NCBI GenBank assembly: GCA_977020255.1
Contig: CDROCS010000434.1
Span: 372,001-436,000, forward strand
Direction of reading: 5' to 3'
DNA: 64,000 nt
Source of the DNA: Obrimoposthia wandeli
Lineage: Eukaryota
This document shows, in pieces, positions 1 through 15,299 of the stretch. A program made the translations under genes and the position numbers. A model generated the notes under the pieces. It was given only the letters and a program-made list of their open reading frames with translations, did not search any database and was not told where the DNA came from. Positions within the stretch are counted from its first letter, which is position 1; each line of letters begins with the position of its first letter.

Positions 1-1399
1 CTGCTACAAAAAGTTTTAAAATACATCTAAGATATTGTAATTTTGTATGAAGGGCGTTAGAAGAATATTTTGATTTTGAACAAGTGATACAAATTTGTAG
101 TTTTCTTGTATGGCATTTCTGTTAATTCTAGCTGGCCAATGGATTTTAAAGTGATATTCTATTCTCGAGCTTCTTTCGAGCTATATTCTTTTATTTTTCT
201 TGAATAAGCTGATTATATGAACAGATTTGTGTTATCTTTTTGAAGGAGAACTGCTAAATCATTAATCTTTTTTTCCACCAGACTTTGTTCATAATTTTGT
301 AAGTTAATATGAAGCGGAACAGCAATACACAATTGTGAGTCTGAACTCTACTGAAAATTCAACATATTCACCGTCTCGTTGTCTATAATAAGTGTAAACC
401 CTGTATCTCGATCGAGTACTCCACATAATTTTAATATAGAACCAGCTACATATGTACAATGTTTTGCTAAAAGTAGAGTTTAAACGAACTTATCAACTTG
501 AGGTTGGTTTATCTCTCTAACATTATTTTCATCATTTTGCCATTAATATTCTTTTTGTCCTCTTCAGGTGGAGTTTTTAAATTATATCTACTGTTCATAT
601 ATATAAATTAAATGAGCCTATTTTGTATACGGTATGAGGTGAGAATGACTTTCTTTTATCTCATTATTCATTTCATGACATTGGTGAAACGCAATTTAAT
701 TTATTTAAATTTGATATTTTTTGCCATTTGAAATATTAGAATTTCTTTCTTTCTCAAAATTTTACAAAATTGGGTAAATAAAAGCATCAATTTACAAAAA
801 TTACATTTTCATGTAATATTATTTGGTTAAATATAAAACTACATTTAGAGTAAAAATAAGAAATTTATTAAAATAAACGATAAATAATTATTTTAACATT
901 AAACTGGTTTATATACCTAACTAATGAGGCATCTAATGTGTGAGTTCTTAAGACAAAGGACATTACAGAAGAGCGTAGCCTGGTTGATCTTAATATGAAG
1001 ATATATGTAATCTATCCCCAAAAACATACCCCCAAGTCAAATTTTAGAAATTTAAATATTTAAATGATATTTTATTAATGTAGACTGAAACAATTTCATT
1101 TTTTTACTTGATGCAATTAGAATATAAATTTGAAAGTAAAGTACTTATCAGTGATTCATAATTTTTCACTTTTATTTTGTTCCCAGATATGGTTACGCGT
1201 ACCGCTTATCACCGTACATCAAAATTAACCGTTGGGATTTTCAACAACATAAATAATAAATTTGCCACCTGAACAAATTGACTATAATACAGATGAAGAT
1301 GATATTGACGAATACCAAACTAGTGCCTAATTAGCCAGTGTGATATTGCTCCCACCTTTTAAATTTGGATATGATTGAAAGGATGAAATTAAAACAGAA

Positions 1400-1930
1400 C
1401 AACCTCTAAAATAAACAACCAAAGATAAAATCATCATAAAATGCTACATGGGAAAGCACAGATGAAAATACTCCTCAACCTGAAGGACTTAAAAAGTTAT
1501 ATTTTAATGAAAAGGCTTAGCTGGAAAGACTACATTGAGCTCTAGGAAGCAAGAAAATTGCTATTCAGTGAATGAAGGCAGGAGTTGATATAATTGGTAA
1601 CTTCTAAAAAATGTCTCATCACAAATCTAATCAATCTCTCTTGCCCAAATGCTCAGTTTATTATCAATGAATTCAGTTAAATCCAATGGATCAATGGCAA
1701 AAACTTTATTGCAAGAAAATATCATAAAGATGAAACTACATTGAAATTATGCCCACAGATACCAGTAACAATTCACACAACCCGTTTTGATGGTTTTGGT
1801 CACATAATGGATATATGCTGCTTAATGAAGGTGTGAGGGAGAAAACTATTTAGCTAAACAAAAGACATTTAGTGTGGAGTGTAACGAAAACTTTCATAAA
1901 TTTTGGTTTTTTCAAATAGCATGATCAAAA
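1400..1930 (+). mobile_element. Highly decayed piggyBac-like transposase C-terminal fragment (tentative)
   Basis: Broken frames give AGVDIIG (cf. piggyBac MGGVD) and RFDGFGH (cf. RYDGxGH before the C-terminal Cys-rich domain); many stops; boundaries approximate. Confidence 0.3.
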
Positions 1931-2006
1931 CAGACCCTTTTTGAAAGACATTCATTTACACCACTATATATGACAATGTATGGTATTTGTTGTATATGAC
2001 ACACTA

Positions 2007-2185
2007 CAGTAATTATTCACCTATAAGGGGTCCCACCTATAAGGGTGTCCGGTCACCGAAAATTTCACGCTTCACCTATAATAGTACCTTTCCAAGCTTT
2101 TAAATAATGCATCTATAAGTGATTCGGTGTCGGTCTCTCTCAAAAACATGTTTTAATGAATACCCTTACAGGTGAATAATTACTG
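2007..2185. mobile_element. 179-bp MITE, Tc1/mariner/pogo-type
   Basis: TIRs CAGTAATTATTCACCTATAAGGG / CCCTTACAGGTGAATAATTACTG (1 mismatch), flanked by TA at 2005-2006 and 2186-2187. Confidence 0.85.
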
Positions 2186-3429
2186 TATTGTCCTGTAAAT
2201 ATTTTTTTAATGATTTTACATGCATCTAAAGTGTTTTTTTAATTTATACAGTGTACATATTGCATGTATACCAGCGAAGAAACTGAAATAACGCCAATTT
2301 ATCATTTATGCATCGGTTAATATTTTTAGTCATATCTGAAAGCTTATTGGCGTCTTATAATAGGAAATATTTAAGTCACTCTATATAACATGTAAAAATA
2401 TTTTTGGAAATAACCTTTGACGTTTCTATTTATGAATTTTTTTTATTCAATATAGATATATATGTAATATTTTATGAATTGGTATTTGATGGGTTAATTT
2501 TGCATTAAAACAGTGAATATTGAAGCAAATACTTTTTGCGAAAATACACAACCATGATGTTCATGGACGAAATTATTTTATGAAAAATAAAAAAATTCTG
2601 TATATGCTTATTGTCAATTATTACCTTCATTTTGTTGAATTTCATTTATTGAAGTTCTTCTGCATATTTAAATGTATGACTGTTGATGTTGAAATTGTAT
2701 CAGGCTTTCTCCAGAAATAATTTCAAACTAATAACAACCATGAAGTTGGATGGCTCGCTTTTCGGGTGTGGTTGTATCTGGCAAAGAAAATTGTTATCAG
2801 TACCGATTGTAACGTCCAGAACTCCCTCAAATTGTAAATGAATACGATGTGTGGCTTTCTTCATTGAAGTTACACGATTTAATGCTAATGACTGGTGGAC
2901 TATTTTTGGGAAGCGGACTGGTGATAAAGGATGATATTCTTTTTACACAATTTAAATATTTTGATAGTAACTAACAGTCGTCTGATAACCATTTTTACAA
3001 TAGCTTTTTGAATTTCTGATAAGAGTTGCAGAATAAAAGTTTGCACTGTATTCTGCTTCTTTTTTTGTTGCTTTTTTCTGTTACGCAAATAATTTTCTAA
3101 CACTTGCATAAAATTGCTTTGTATTTCTTTCGACGCTCTCATAATCAATTTTTATAATATCAATTAATTTATAGTTCAAAAATAAATTTAAAAAAGCGTA
3201 TTGAGTTAACTTATTTTATGCGTTTCATCTAATGGAAACCTTTTATCAGGGCTTTAAAAAAAGCAAAGCAAATGTATTTGTAAAGTCATGTTATTACATA
3301 TATTACAAATATCTTTGAATTCATAACATGTGCTTGCATATAAAGTTGATAACGATTTATATGATTATCCTGAAAGGTAAGTCTAAAATTTATTATATAT
3401 CATTTATTTATTTATTTGAAATGTCAAAT

Positions 3430-4050
3430 TATGTGTGAACAAAATAACATTTGTGGGACCTTTTCTTCATCGTTTGCTCGTGTACATTTATGGTGAAAAC
3501 ACTCTATCTGAAAGAAAATTATTTTGATGTGAAAGAAAAGAACACTCTGATTCCCCAAAAATGTTTGAAGATGCGGAATTTGAAGAATTACTTGATAAAG
3601 ATCCATGTCAAACACTAAAATAACTCAATGATTCATTAACTGTTGATGGATTGACTGTAAGAAAACGTGTAAAGGCAGTAAGAATGATTCAAATACAGTA
3701 AAGTTGCCTACCAAAAGATTTGAAAGAAATATACATCGAAAGGCACTCAAGAATACATGCGTAGTCATTTTTGATCCAAACTGTTACTAGTGATGAAAAC
3801 TGGATTTATGACTAAAATTGAAAGAAAATAATGTATGAAACCAACATTCAGTCATCAACATCAGTACCAGAATCTTCATGCAATTAAGGTTATGCTGTGT
3901 ATTAAGTTGCATCAGAAAGACATTTTGAGGTATAAGTTGATCAAACCGTCTAAAACTACCACAGGTGATTGCTCCCGGTAATAATTAGTCAACTTGAGTC
4001 GTAGCTTAATGAAATACGTCCAGAATATGCCAAACACTATAAAAATTCAA
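3430..4050 (+). mobile_element. Decayed mariner (Mos1-like) transposase
   Basis: Hand translation FDVKEKEHSDSPKMFEDAEFEELLDKDPCQTLK..., TVTSDENWIY (cf. IVTGDEKWI), KVMLCI...; several stops. Confidence 0.75.
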
Positions 4051-6839
4051 AATGGAACTTCTAATATATTCCAAAAATTTCTGTTCTCTTTGTGTCGTCA
4101 AAAGCTTTTATCCTGGCCTTCTCCAAACACCTTCTTTATCCTTACAGCCTCCTAAGAAGTTGAAAAGTCCTTTAATAGGCGTAATAAATATCTCAAATAT
4201 CTGAAGTTAGATATAAAATGTAAAGAAGGGGTTTTTGTTAATTTATATCAGAAATTTACTTTATAAATTTGATTAATAAACTATAATGGAGACTAAAAGT
4301 CGTCTAAATCTGTTGACATCATTGTAGTAAAGAGGCAAAATTATCCAGAAATAATTGTAGGTATTATATAAATGATCATTTTAAAATCAGTTGTTTGACA
4401 ATGTATAATTTGTCTGTTTTAATCCCAGTTGGGAACACTTTATCTAACATCCTAATCGGAAATTTTCTAAAATTTGTCACGAAATTGCTATAAAGCCAGC
4501 TTTTGCAAGAATCGTAATTTTTGGACAAGAATATAAGATAACAAAAACATTTCGCTGACGTTTTTTCAGTAATCTAGATTAACGCACCTTAAAAGAAGAA
4601 TGTGCCATCATATTTGATATTTTCAAACACTTAAAATGCACATTTACAGATTCTAAAATAGTCAATACCATAAAAGCTCTACGATATGAATATTCCTTAT
4701 AAACATTAAAAATTGTATTACAGAGACTTTGAAACTATATGATATAAATTAAAACAATAAAACAAGGTATGTTTAAAAATGATTTTTTTAACAACAATTA
4801 AGTACAAAAATATATTTATTTATCATCTCAACTAATCAATAAAAGGTGATGTCAAAAGTTTACTTATTCCATTAATTTACACCAGGATGGCCAAACTACA
4901 GCCAAGATTAAGTCATATACTCACTTCATTAAGCGACGAAATATTAAAAATATTAACGTCCTACACGAATTTATTTTTTATTAACCAACTAAAAACAGAT
5001 TTCTTTTTCATATGACAATATCATTACAATATCATTATCAAACATTAAAAAATAATTTGAATAATTTTAGGCCTTCATTTCATTTGTAAATTTAATCATT
5101 TGCTTTACGGTTTCAAAAAACGAACTCTATTTTTAAAAATGTAGCTTATTGTTGAAATTTCCATTTAATTTATTTACAAAATTTGGATTCTTCATTAATT
5201 TCTTTAATTATTTCAAATTTTCATTTAATTTTAACTGAGATATATATTTTAAAACTATATTAAGTTCATTTTATTACATTCTACATCTAAAAACACTCCG
5301 AAATATGTTCAAATTAGAGGAAGTTCAAATTATAATTCGTAAATTTAAAGTTAAATCCAAGGAAATTTTCTAAGTTAAAATTAAATATTTTATTAAATTT
5401 TTGGTAGAATTTTTTTTTTCAGACTTATTGTGAAAATCAAAAAGAAATCATTTGTTAACCTGCTTTATATATCATTTTTACTTTTTATCCTTATAGTTAT
5501 ATAATGTTAAAATTAATATACAAGGCTTAACTAGTTTTAAGGTATTAGAACGCTCTACAAAATTAAAGGGTGGGGGGTTCTCACTAATTCTAAAGATTGT
5601 TTATTTTTACTAACTACATGCCAGTAAACTTTGTATATATCACAATGCACAATAAAGTATATTTAAATCAGAAAAGGTACATTTTTACTTGGGCCAGTCA
5701 TTAGCCAATTCAAATAGATCTACGTCATGATTCAACAAATCTTCAAATCTCCGGTCTGAAAATTTTTAAATTTTCAATTTTTAACATTGTCGGACAGTTA
5801 GAGCACATATACACGTTGACTATTTGTTTGGCTAAGGAAACAACAACTACACTTTGACTGGTACACTTAAAGTGGCTGCCTAATACATCATTGGTCCATA
5901 ACTACCTTAGCTTTAGTTTTGAAATTGTCATTCCCATATAATCAATATATTTCAAGTAATATAACCAGACACGTCATACACTGGTACACAAAAGCACTTT
6001 AAAGTTCATAATCACAACGCACAAATCCCAGCCTCGAATTTGCAAAATTCAAATATTTGCAAAATCTATACCTTTATCCCCTTTCATCTGTATATATACT
6101 TATTTATGCTATATAATTATTTAGTTAGTTTTACATTCTAAAACCGTTCGTGAAGTGCATTGATAATTGCGCTGTGATTTGCGTTTTGAAGTTTGACATT
6201 TTTGTTTAAATAATGCATACCAATGAGAAAAAGTGCATCGAAGATCATCGTCTAACTTTATGATTGATATCAAGTAAATATCGTTTAATAAAAGCTTGGT
6301 TGAATTTCAAAACTTTTTATTTGCACATACTAAAAATTCAGAATTAGTATGTGTACAGTAACAATGATTATATACCAATAAATTTACAGAAATCTTAAGA
6401 AAATTTATATTGTTTCTTAATATTTTCTGGATTATCCACGATTCCTGATTACTTTTCCCTGTATTATATTTTGTATCAATATTAGTTTATATTTAGATAT
6501 TTTATAATATGTCTAGAATCCAAGAAAAACTGAAAAACCAAACAATTTTATTCCGTAAGTATTTTCAAACAAAATTAATTTTATGCATCTTAATCAAGCT
6601 TTATTCAATAGATTTTAAACGACGTAATGATATAACATATTGTAAATACTGTTCAGTAAAAGTCATATATAAGAAGATGTATTGGATTATTTCACTTTAT
6701 CACAGTTAGTATGAAATCAATTTATTTTAAAATGGCCATTTGAGCCTAACAAACATCATGCATCTTAAATTGCTTTAAATGATAGCACGCATGTATGTGT
6801 GCGTGTGTGAATGTCTGGCTATATAAAACGGATACAGAT

Positions 6840-7440
6840 ACATTTTAACGAGCATTGATATATTTATCAGGTTGCTTGTGCAGTTCCAGTTTATGCAAAG
6901 TATTCAAATTTGATAAGCGAATACATTAAAGAAATATTAAAAGTGAAATGTGCAAAATAAGTAAATCAACATAGAAAAAGTATTATATGATCAACAAATT
7001 CAATTATTATTTAAACAAAATAATATAAATCACTACTCGGTATTTTAACTTTACAAAGCTGCATTAGTGAAAATATTTAATCGTACTTTATAAGATCGCT
7101 TAAAAAGGTATTTCACAATAGAATAAAAGATGGATCAAAGTTTTATACAAAATAATATATGCATATAACCACTTTGGATATCAAAGTATCAAGGGAATGA
7201 GACCAGTAGACGTACTAATAAACATTCAGTTGATATTTGAATAAATAAAAATATAATTGAAAATATTTGAAAGACAGAATTTTGATCAGAATTGAAGTAA
7301 TGAAATATTTTGTTTAACAAAAATTTATTAAAAGATTAAACCGATAACGTATATTATTAAATATGTTGACAATAATATCATCCACAAGGAATTCTACAAC
7401 AAAAACTACAAGTAATATAAAGTTAACCTAACGTATTTCG
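6840..7440 (+). pseudogene. Decayed Polinton/Maverick integrase
   Basis: Segments AVPVYAK..IKEILK, QQIQLLFKQNNINHYSVF, KAALVKIFNRTL*DRLKRYFT, GMRPVDV and IKPITYIIK; closely matches the integrase relic at 39050-39774. Confidence 0.75.
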
Positions 7441-9699
7441 TATTTAAAAATTATAAAAATATAAGGGTACTCCAATTACTATCATAAAATGAAATGTAAT
7501 ATGGTGAAGCAAATAATGCTGTGAAAAGGTTTTATAGTTGTTAGAAGACCGAAGTTCAGGCATAATTATATTGATAAATAAAAAGCATTCATTGTTATGC
7601 TGAGGATATATATAGATCATTATTGAGCAATACAAACATACCACACAATCACACTTTCACCAGCTTACAGATTACCTAAAGACTCGTAGGTTCGTAAACG
7701 ACTGTTTACACAACCTATTTTAATAGCTAAGGAAAATTATATTACAAGTGTTAAAATAAAATGTGAAAATGATATTAGAAAATGAAAAAGTTGTATTTAA
7801 AAATAGATTATAATATTTTCAGATGACATTTGAATCTCATAAAGAAGCTGTACAATTCGATTTAGTCGATCAACATGCAGTAGCTAAAGTAAAACGATAT
7901 ACAATTTTATTTATATCGGTTTAAAATGTTCCTGGTATAGTCTCAAGATGTTTTATTTTGCTGAAACTAGAACTAAAGATTTACTGGAACTGAAAAAAAA
8001 TCAAAGGATTTCAAAATAGATAACGAATATGATTTATGTAAATTCATAACGAAAAATTTAACGAATATTTAGATTAATGTGAAAGATAAGATAATGGAAA
8101 ACTGACGTTAACGGCAAAGAACAATAAAAAGATAAGCTCTCTAAAACCTCATGTCATACTTGTGAAATCCATGCAATAAAAACCATGGAAGGTAAAAATC
8201 TAGCGAAACTTTTAAATGCTATTTATCAATTATATATATACAAGGTGATGTGCGAGAACCACCTTGAGATCGATATGAATATCGAACAATATTGGCGACG
8301 TAATCGCTATTTTTATAGATCAACTGATGAATCTTCCGCTTGATCTCTCATCTATGGACAATATTGAGTCAAGAAAAGTTTTAAAATATATCTTAAAAAG
8401 AAATGGTGAATCTGACAAAATTTGAATGTTATAGTAAATATTATTTGTTAGCGAAAAACCATAAACAGTATGGGCTCAGTTAGCTTAGACTTAAAGAAAT
8501 ATATAGAAAACAGGAATATATCACCCGTAAAATATGATACCAGAATACAAAAAAGTCGTTTTTTTCAGAGGTGACTTTCAAAAATCTAAAGGTCTACAAA
8601 GGAGGAGTGAAAATGTGATTCTTACCATCCAGGCTCAGAACTAATTTAATATTTCCCATTCAATAATAAACCAATTTAAACTACTTTTATGTTGTTTCCT
8701 TGAATATTGTAATTCTCATTTGGGTCTATATTGCTGCGACCCTTTTTATGGCCCTTTTCGTTTTTCAGTTGTCAATCCGGGGTTAGAGTGTAAGGTAGAT
8801 TTTCCTTTCCACTCTGGCAGAGACTGTCGATTTATATTTGTATTAAGAAAGAACGATCTGAGAAGTAAAAAATGGTGGTTTGACGGCAGTTTTGTTTTGA
8901 AGTATCACCATCATAAAATGTATTAACCGCATCATTTATTGTAAAACATAATCCAATGATTGCATCTAATAGTTTTATTGATGATAATCCCTTAGATGTC
9001 CATAACCCATATTTGACAGTCAGTTTAAGCTGACACCAAAAAATATAAAAAGTATAGAGGCCGTAGATTTGAAGTATTTTGTTTTTTAATCATCTAATTT
9101 AGTCCGACATAACGTAGTTTCTTATTTTTTGTTAGTTTTCATTTGTTTAACTACGTTAATAGCTTCTTACCAAGGACATTTCGTCACCGTATTATGGTTG
9201 AATTATGATTAAAAATTCCGACTTGGGCAAATATGGGTTAAATAAATATCAACCGCTTTTTGATTTTAAATTTCATGTGGAGTGATACAGTTGAATGATA
9301 TTTTTGAAGAACCGCTAATTGTTAACCAGCAAATAGTACCATCGCCTAATAATGACGAATCAACAGACTAAAGCACAGTTTCTGATGAGATACTCTGATA
9401 TTTTAGACGCTACAATACTTGAATTGACAGACTATGATATTTAGATGTTTAGATCATAGTTTTTACAATGATTTTCTTGAAAACTCCCCAGAAATAAATC
9501 AGGTAGGCGTTCAAGCATATCTTAGTAGGTATAATTTATATAAATTTGAAGTGAATAAGAATATAAAATACGATCTAATTAATAATCCTTTGATAGTTGT
9601 AAGATTCCTTTTTTTGTCCGAGTTAAGTTTGTAGATAGTAATGGTTCACCATTTAATTAAATTTTGCAGTGATAAATTGAATGAATATATTGCAGTGCA

Positions 9700-10880
9700 G
9701 AAAATATTCCAAATTAGTTTCAAATTTTCAATTTTTCAACAATATCTGATTCAAAATGTATTCCAACTCTGCCGAACTTTTATCAAAACAGAGCAACAGT
9801 TAATGTGCAAAATGTAGACCATAACTGTTTTTACGTGTTGTGTTATTAAAGACCATCTTCGTATGAAATATTTATAAATGAATTAGATTGCATAAATTTT
9901 CCATTGTCTTTAGATCTTATTCTTAAATTTGAACATTACAATAAGATTACAGTCAGATTTTTAGACATGATGTAGATCAAATTTAAAAATTCAGATGTTG
10001 ATATAATATATAGATTTAGTCTAACTAATTATGAAAACGTTGTAAATTTGTTTTTCATCTGAGCAAGGTAACAATTATAATTTTATAGCAATTACAAATT
10101 TAATTCGTATTTTGAATAAAAGTAAATTTAATATTCGTTTAAAATTCTTTGAAACATGTTTGTTTGATTTTTGCCCAGCTTTAGGTTTAGAGAAGCATTT
10201 AGCACATTACAATTTGAAAACTGATACTACTACGCTTTTTACTTAACCTGAAGATGAGTTTTTTGTAATTGAGAAGTTTCCTTTAACATAACAGCTAAAA
10301 TTTGATCTCATTGCTTTGAGAAACTGCTTGAGTTGAATCCAGATTACAATCAGCAGCATGCACTTATTTTTGTTGGTTTATTACTTGAAAACAATTTTGA
10401 AGATGACACTTATTATTTTTATTTCTACGGTTGAGATTGTACAACTGAATTAATTAATAAATATATAAATTGGTAAATATCTAGGTGCAGAATGTAATAA
10501 ATGTAATCTTCGTCATAAATGTGTCTTAATTGGCTGTGGTATGTCATAATTTGATGGACTATGATATCCATCGATTTCTGAAATATGCAAACTTCAAGGT
10601 TAAAACTTATTCTACAATACCAAAATCTAATGAGAGATTTTTGGCTCTAATTATTAAAATACTCAAAGTAATATGAGATTCATTGATTCGTTGTTTTTTA
10701 CTAATACCAGTCTTGCAAAACTTGTTGGTTTTTTATTTGATATTACCTACAGTAAAAGTCATCTAAATTCGGAATTAATATCTAGTAAAGGAAGATTTCC
10801 TTATAACTACGTTACTATTGAATATAAACTACTTGAAACTGTGTTGCCACCTAAATTAGTTTTTTTCTAATTATGTAACA
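9700..10880 (+). pseudogene. Decayed Polinton-type protein-primed DNA polymerase B (N-terminal, endonuclease-VII-like and exonuclease regions)
   Basis: PTLPNFLSKQRATVNVQNVDHNCF; GKYLGAECNKCNL; VVCHNLMDYDIH; RFIDSLFF...LAKLV; KGRFPYNY...LETVLPPK. These match pPolB motifs of animal Polintons; frames are broken. Confidence 0.75.
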
Positions 10881-11591
10881 TATGAACAGTGTGCATTATG
10901 TATGTTTTTGTTTTTTTCTTGTTTTGATATATTGTTTATTCTTAATGTGTTACAAATGTCAAATTACTTGTTAGGAAAATTAAAATGTAATGGAAATTAA
11001 TGAAATAACGATTTTGTACAAATTGGATATACGGCTACCTGATACGTTGCCAGCGAGCAACACAGTACCATTAAAGATTGAAAACGTTTTAAAAATTTGC
11101 ATAAAAATCATTAGACGACTTCTTATCGCTCTTATCTTAACCCTCGATTCCCTCAACAAGACATCCTAACAGAACAGAATAAAAAGTTCAATTATAATGT
11201 GGAATAAATTTAATTGAAAAGTAGAATATATGAGACTAGAATTATATTTATTATCTGATGTATTTGAATAATTTGATAATTAAAGTTCTTGAATGCAACA
11301 ATAAATCACGAGGATAATCTTCTTGGTATGAGTTTTATTCACTATGACAATCTTGTTTTTCTGTATCTGTTTTTTAGATATATGGAGCTTTCTGAAACCT
11401 ATTTTCGTATATTGTTATTAATTATTAATAGCCACTTCTTTTTAAATTTATTATTCAAATACATTTAAGGTGTTAATAAATTATATTTACAACTACAAAT
11501 TGAGGTTTGAGCTTTAACTTTTTTAAAATGGTTGTGGAATAAATTCCACCACACATCATAATAATGTCTATTTAATTTATTCTTCATTTAG

Positions 11592-11647
11592 CACCAACTA
11601 CGATCTGCTACCTACCCTTGGGGAATCCTTCTGGAGCGTGTGGAGAT
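11592..11647 (+). CDS. STOM-like: Stomatin/band-7 (SPFH) family gene, internal exon
   Basis: ttag|CAC...GAG AT|gtgagt encodes HQLRSATYPWGILLERVE(I), cf. stomatin ATDPWGVKVERVEI; the split codon AT+A joins the exon at 25006. Confidence 0.88.
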
Positions 11648-13449
11648 GTGAGTTTTGCTTCGTTTTGATAAACCCCAAACATCAAATTTACTTGTATATA
11701 TGTCTCACTTGTCTATAATATAGACTCTAATTTAATCCGAGGTATACCAAACATTCGAAATTGTTTACAGCTGAAGTATCAAAATAACTTTTTTGAGCAC
11801 TTTTGATAGAAACCGAACGTGTATAATTTTTCATTTTTATAGTTTTTTTTAACGTTTTAACAACAGTGGTTAAAAACTTTAAATCCTTTTCCGCTATTTA
11901 TTATTTTATTTACATTAAAATATTTCTTGAAAATTCTGGCTGGTTTAAACAAACCGTATATCAATATTATTCAAAGATTTCATAGTAACCTAATTTTTAA
12001 AAAATGTAAGTGAATTTTCTTTTAATATTCCAAATTGAAATCTGACGAACTAGCTACTTTAGAAAATAAAAACTTGTAATAATTTTTCTTAGAAGCTCTC
12101 ACTTTTTTTAAATAAACATTTTATGCTGAGCAGAGATTATCAAAGAAAAATTATATCCTTGAAACGATATCTTCAAATGGTAAACGTAAAAATAAATGTT
12201 GTTTTCCGATTTCCAAGAATTTGTAAAATTTATAATGCAGCAAGCGAAACAAATTTCTATATTCTAAGTGCCATAATTTATTCATAGGAATTAATCGATA
12301 ACAACAAAATACCGAGAAGGTGTCTGTATACTGAAATGCCCCGAAGAACAGTAAAATTATCCATTTCGTAGAGATTCTAAGCAATATTGATTAAACTTTT
12401 CTTGGATTAAATGAAAAATGAATTTATACATAATTATCTTTTCTATCATATATCATATCAGCGTTATTTTTTAGAATTTAATTCAATAAAGTAGACAATT
12501 TTTCGTTCTTCTCCTTTAATTACTTTCTTTTTCAAAGAATAATTGGAATGTAAAATTAGCAGTCAAAGTTGACGAGAAAAACGAATTTTTGTTAATTGAT
12601 AAAGCACATATTTTATATATTTTTATAATCAAATATTTAATTATATTCATATATCTAAACCCTCTGGAAGTAAACACATGTTTATGTTGAATACCTCTAT
12701 AGATTAAAGACAACCTTTTTCATAATGACATACCTTTTATTAAAAGAAATACTGAACACCATCATTTGAACATTGAATTATATACATATATATATATATA
12801 TTGATCACTTAGATAGTTCGATCCAGCTTCTAGCTATTTATATTATCACAATTTTCTACTTAAATATCAGTCTCCATATCGCTCTTTTCATATTTAAAAA
12901 ATAACTTTTTTGTCAGGTTAACAATGACATATTAAGTAATAACTAATTGTCATTAATGAAGATTATTTTCGGACATATGAAGTACCACGGTGCTCTTTTC
13001 TATAGTATAAATCAATGAATAACACACCATTTGTCATAAATAATATTAGTTCTACTTTATATAATATAACTAATATATTTGTAATTTTCTTAATTAAACA
13101 TTTTAAGAATAAATTTGCTTATAGTATAGTTATGTTATGTAAATAAAATTCGTATTCGATTCATAGTTCATTTATGTTAATTCATTTTTAATAAATCAAA
13201 GAAGCGTCTTTAAACTGAACCAAAAATTTTAAATCATAAGTTATCCTTTTATCTTTTTATCTCTGTAGATGATATATTTAAGCAGCTAAATGAGGAAGAA
13301 AAATAAGTTACAATACTAAGGAATTAGAAAGGATAGAACAAGAAAGATTGCTCTGGGAATAGGAAAAGATCTGTCTAAACTATCGAGATAAATTTGAATT
13401 AACTAAAAACTAAAGATATCTAAATCAAGCTAAGTATTTTTTCAAAGTT

Positions 13450-13900
13450 ACGAAGAGGTTAAATTATCACAATAAAGCTACTCTGATCAAAGACAGAGGA
13501 TTCTGTAAAGTCTTAAGAGAAGTGGGAGAATGTTGATATTAATAATGAGGTTTCATTTTAATTTTAATATATTGAACGAAGATCAGTTATGTTTCTTGGT
13601 TCCATTGCAGTCGATAGAAGACGTATAATTGTACATTTTGGTAGCAGTGTCAACAATTAATTATGTTGTTATATTTTAAAATCCATTTTGTAGAATCACA
13701 TTTTATTCCAAGACAATGCCCAGCCAAATACATCTCGTTATACAAAACAATTTTGTAAAGTTGAAGGTTTAATATTATTGGAAACGTATTTACCTTTTTT
13801 ACAAGAATTGAAACATATAAAAAATATATATGGCTTTTAGGAAAACTATTGATAGATGTTGAAGCAATTATTGCCCTTAAATAAGTAGTTAATGCCGAAA
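13450..13900 (+). mobile_element. Decayed Tc1-like transposase fragment
   Basis: FQDNAQPNTSRYTKQF...LILLE... resembles Tc1 FQQDNAPCHT...WP; heavily mutated. Confidence 0.5.
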
Positions 13901-15299
13901 TTTAATAACATGATAATATATTTCGAAGCATACTGTGAAGAATATTTAAAAAGCTTACATAAAAGAATATTAATAATGTAATTTGATTAATTAAATATAC
14001 TTTCACATTTTTACTTTTGATTTCTTATAAGTTTTAGTTATATATTGCATTACAATGATATCCAAACTGAGGGGAATGCCTCCATGGAGAGGCACAGATT
14101 AGTGCAAAGGGAGGCGCCAAAGTTTTAACAGAAATATAATTTTCATAACAACGTATATAAAGAAAAGAAATTCACAGTCTCTAACATATTTTCCGATGAG
14201 ATTGTCTTCAGAGCCTTTCCTTCCAATGCTAATACAGAAATTCTTAAATGAATTGGTTACTATAGAAGAAGGAGGTTCAACTAATGCCTCTGAGACCTCC
14301 TTGCAAATATCAGTCATGACAGCTGTACGTATCAATTCCATCTTGTGCCAGGTGCAGCTTGCTTTTATGGACATATTTCATAACTTTACTTGCTTCAGTT
14401 TCACATCATACTCATACAGTGAAATAACACATTCAATGGCTCAAAAAAAACTGTGAGCAAATAATACTCACCGGCGAACAGCTCAACCCTTCGTTTGGTC
14501 TTCCTATATTACAGAAGACCCTTATTACAGACCGTGCAAAGAGAGTACATCGCGTATCTGGGCAGGGTACTCAAAAAGAACACATTTCAAAAATAATAAT
14601 TAAGGCATTTAGAATTTAAAATCAAAATTATGTAATTTTTAACTAACAATAAAATGTGCTGGTGCTGCCACTGATCTAATAAAACAATATTTTCTAGAAA
14701 CTTGTGATCTTTGTCATTTTAAAAAGCATGAAATTGTTTTTACAAGCTCACCGAAATATTTTGAAAATTTAAGTGGTTGAAAAATTGAACATGAATTTTT
14801 GAAAATACCTTCCTAAATCGACAGAGCCACGTGTTATTATTACCCAGTCCAATGGTTGCACTTTACCTTTAAATTGGCTCACTCAGATATCACAAGTTCT
14901 TTGCATTTTTAATTAACATTTTCACCAATTTCCATATTTTGTCCTTAAAAGCAGAAATTTGACAACGCTACAATATTTCACATCATTCATTTCCTATTTT
15001 TATCTGACTTTCAGATGAGAATGAAAGTTATTCTCAGTTCACTTTTATATTAACTTATATTTCATAAAGAAAAGCTAGACGTAATAAATTTTTTATCATG
15101 TTTTGATTACTTATTCTTGCTCATTCAAGAATGTACATAGTATCTTATTATAATTTATAAAATTTTTGCGCTTTACACACCCTGTATATTATGGCTGATA
15201 AAGGTGAGTTTTCATTTGAGATTATAGATTCCATTTATGGTCTAGAGCCGCATACATTGTTGACTATACGTGGGTGAATTCTCATTCTTCTGATGCTAA

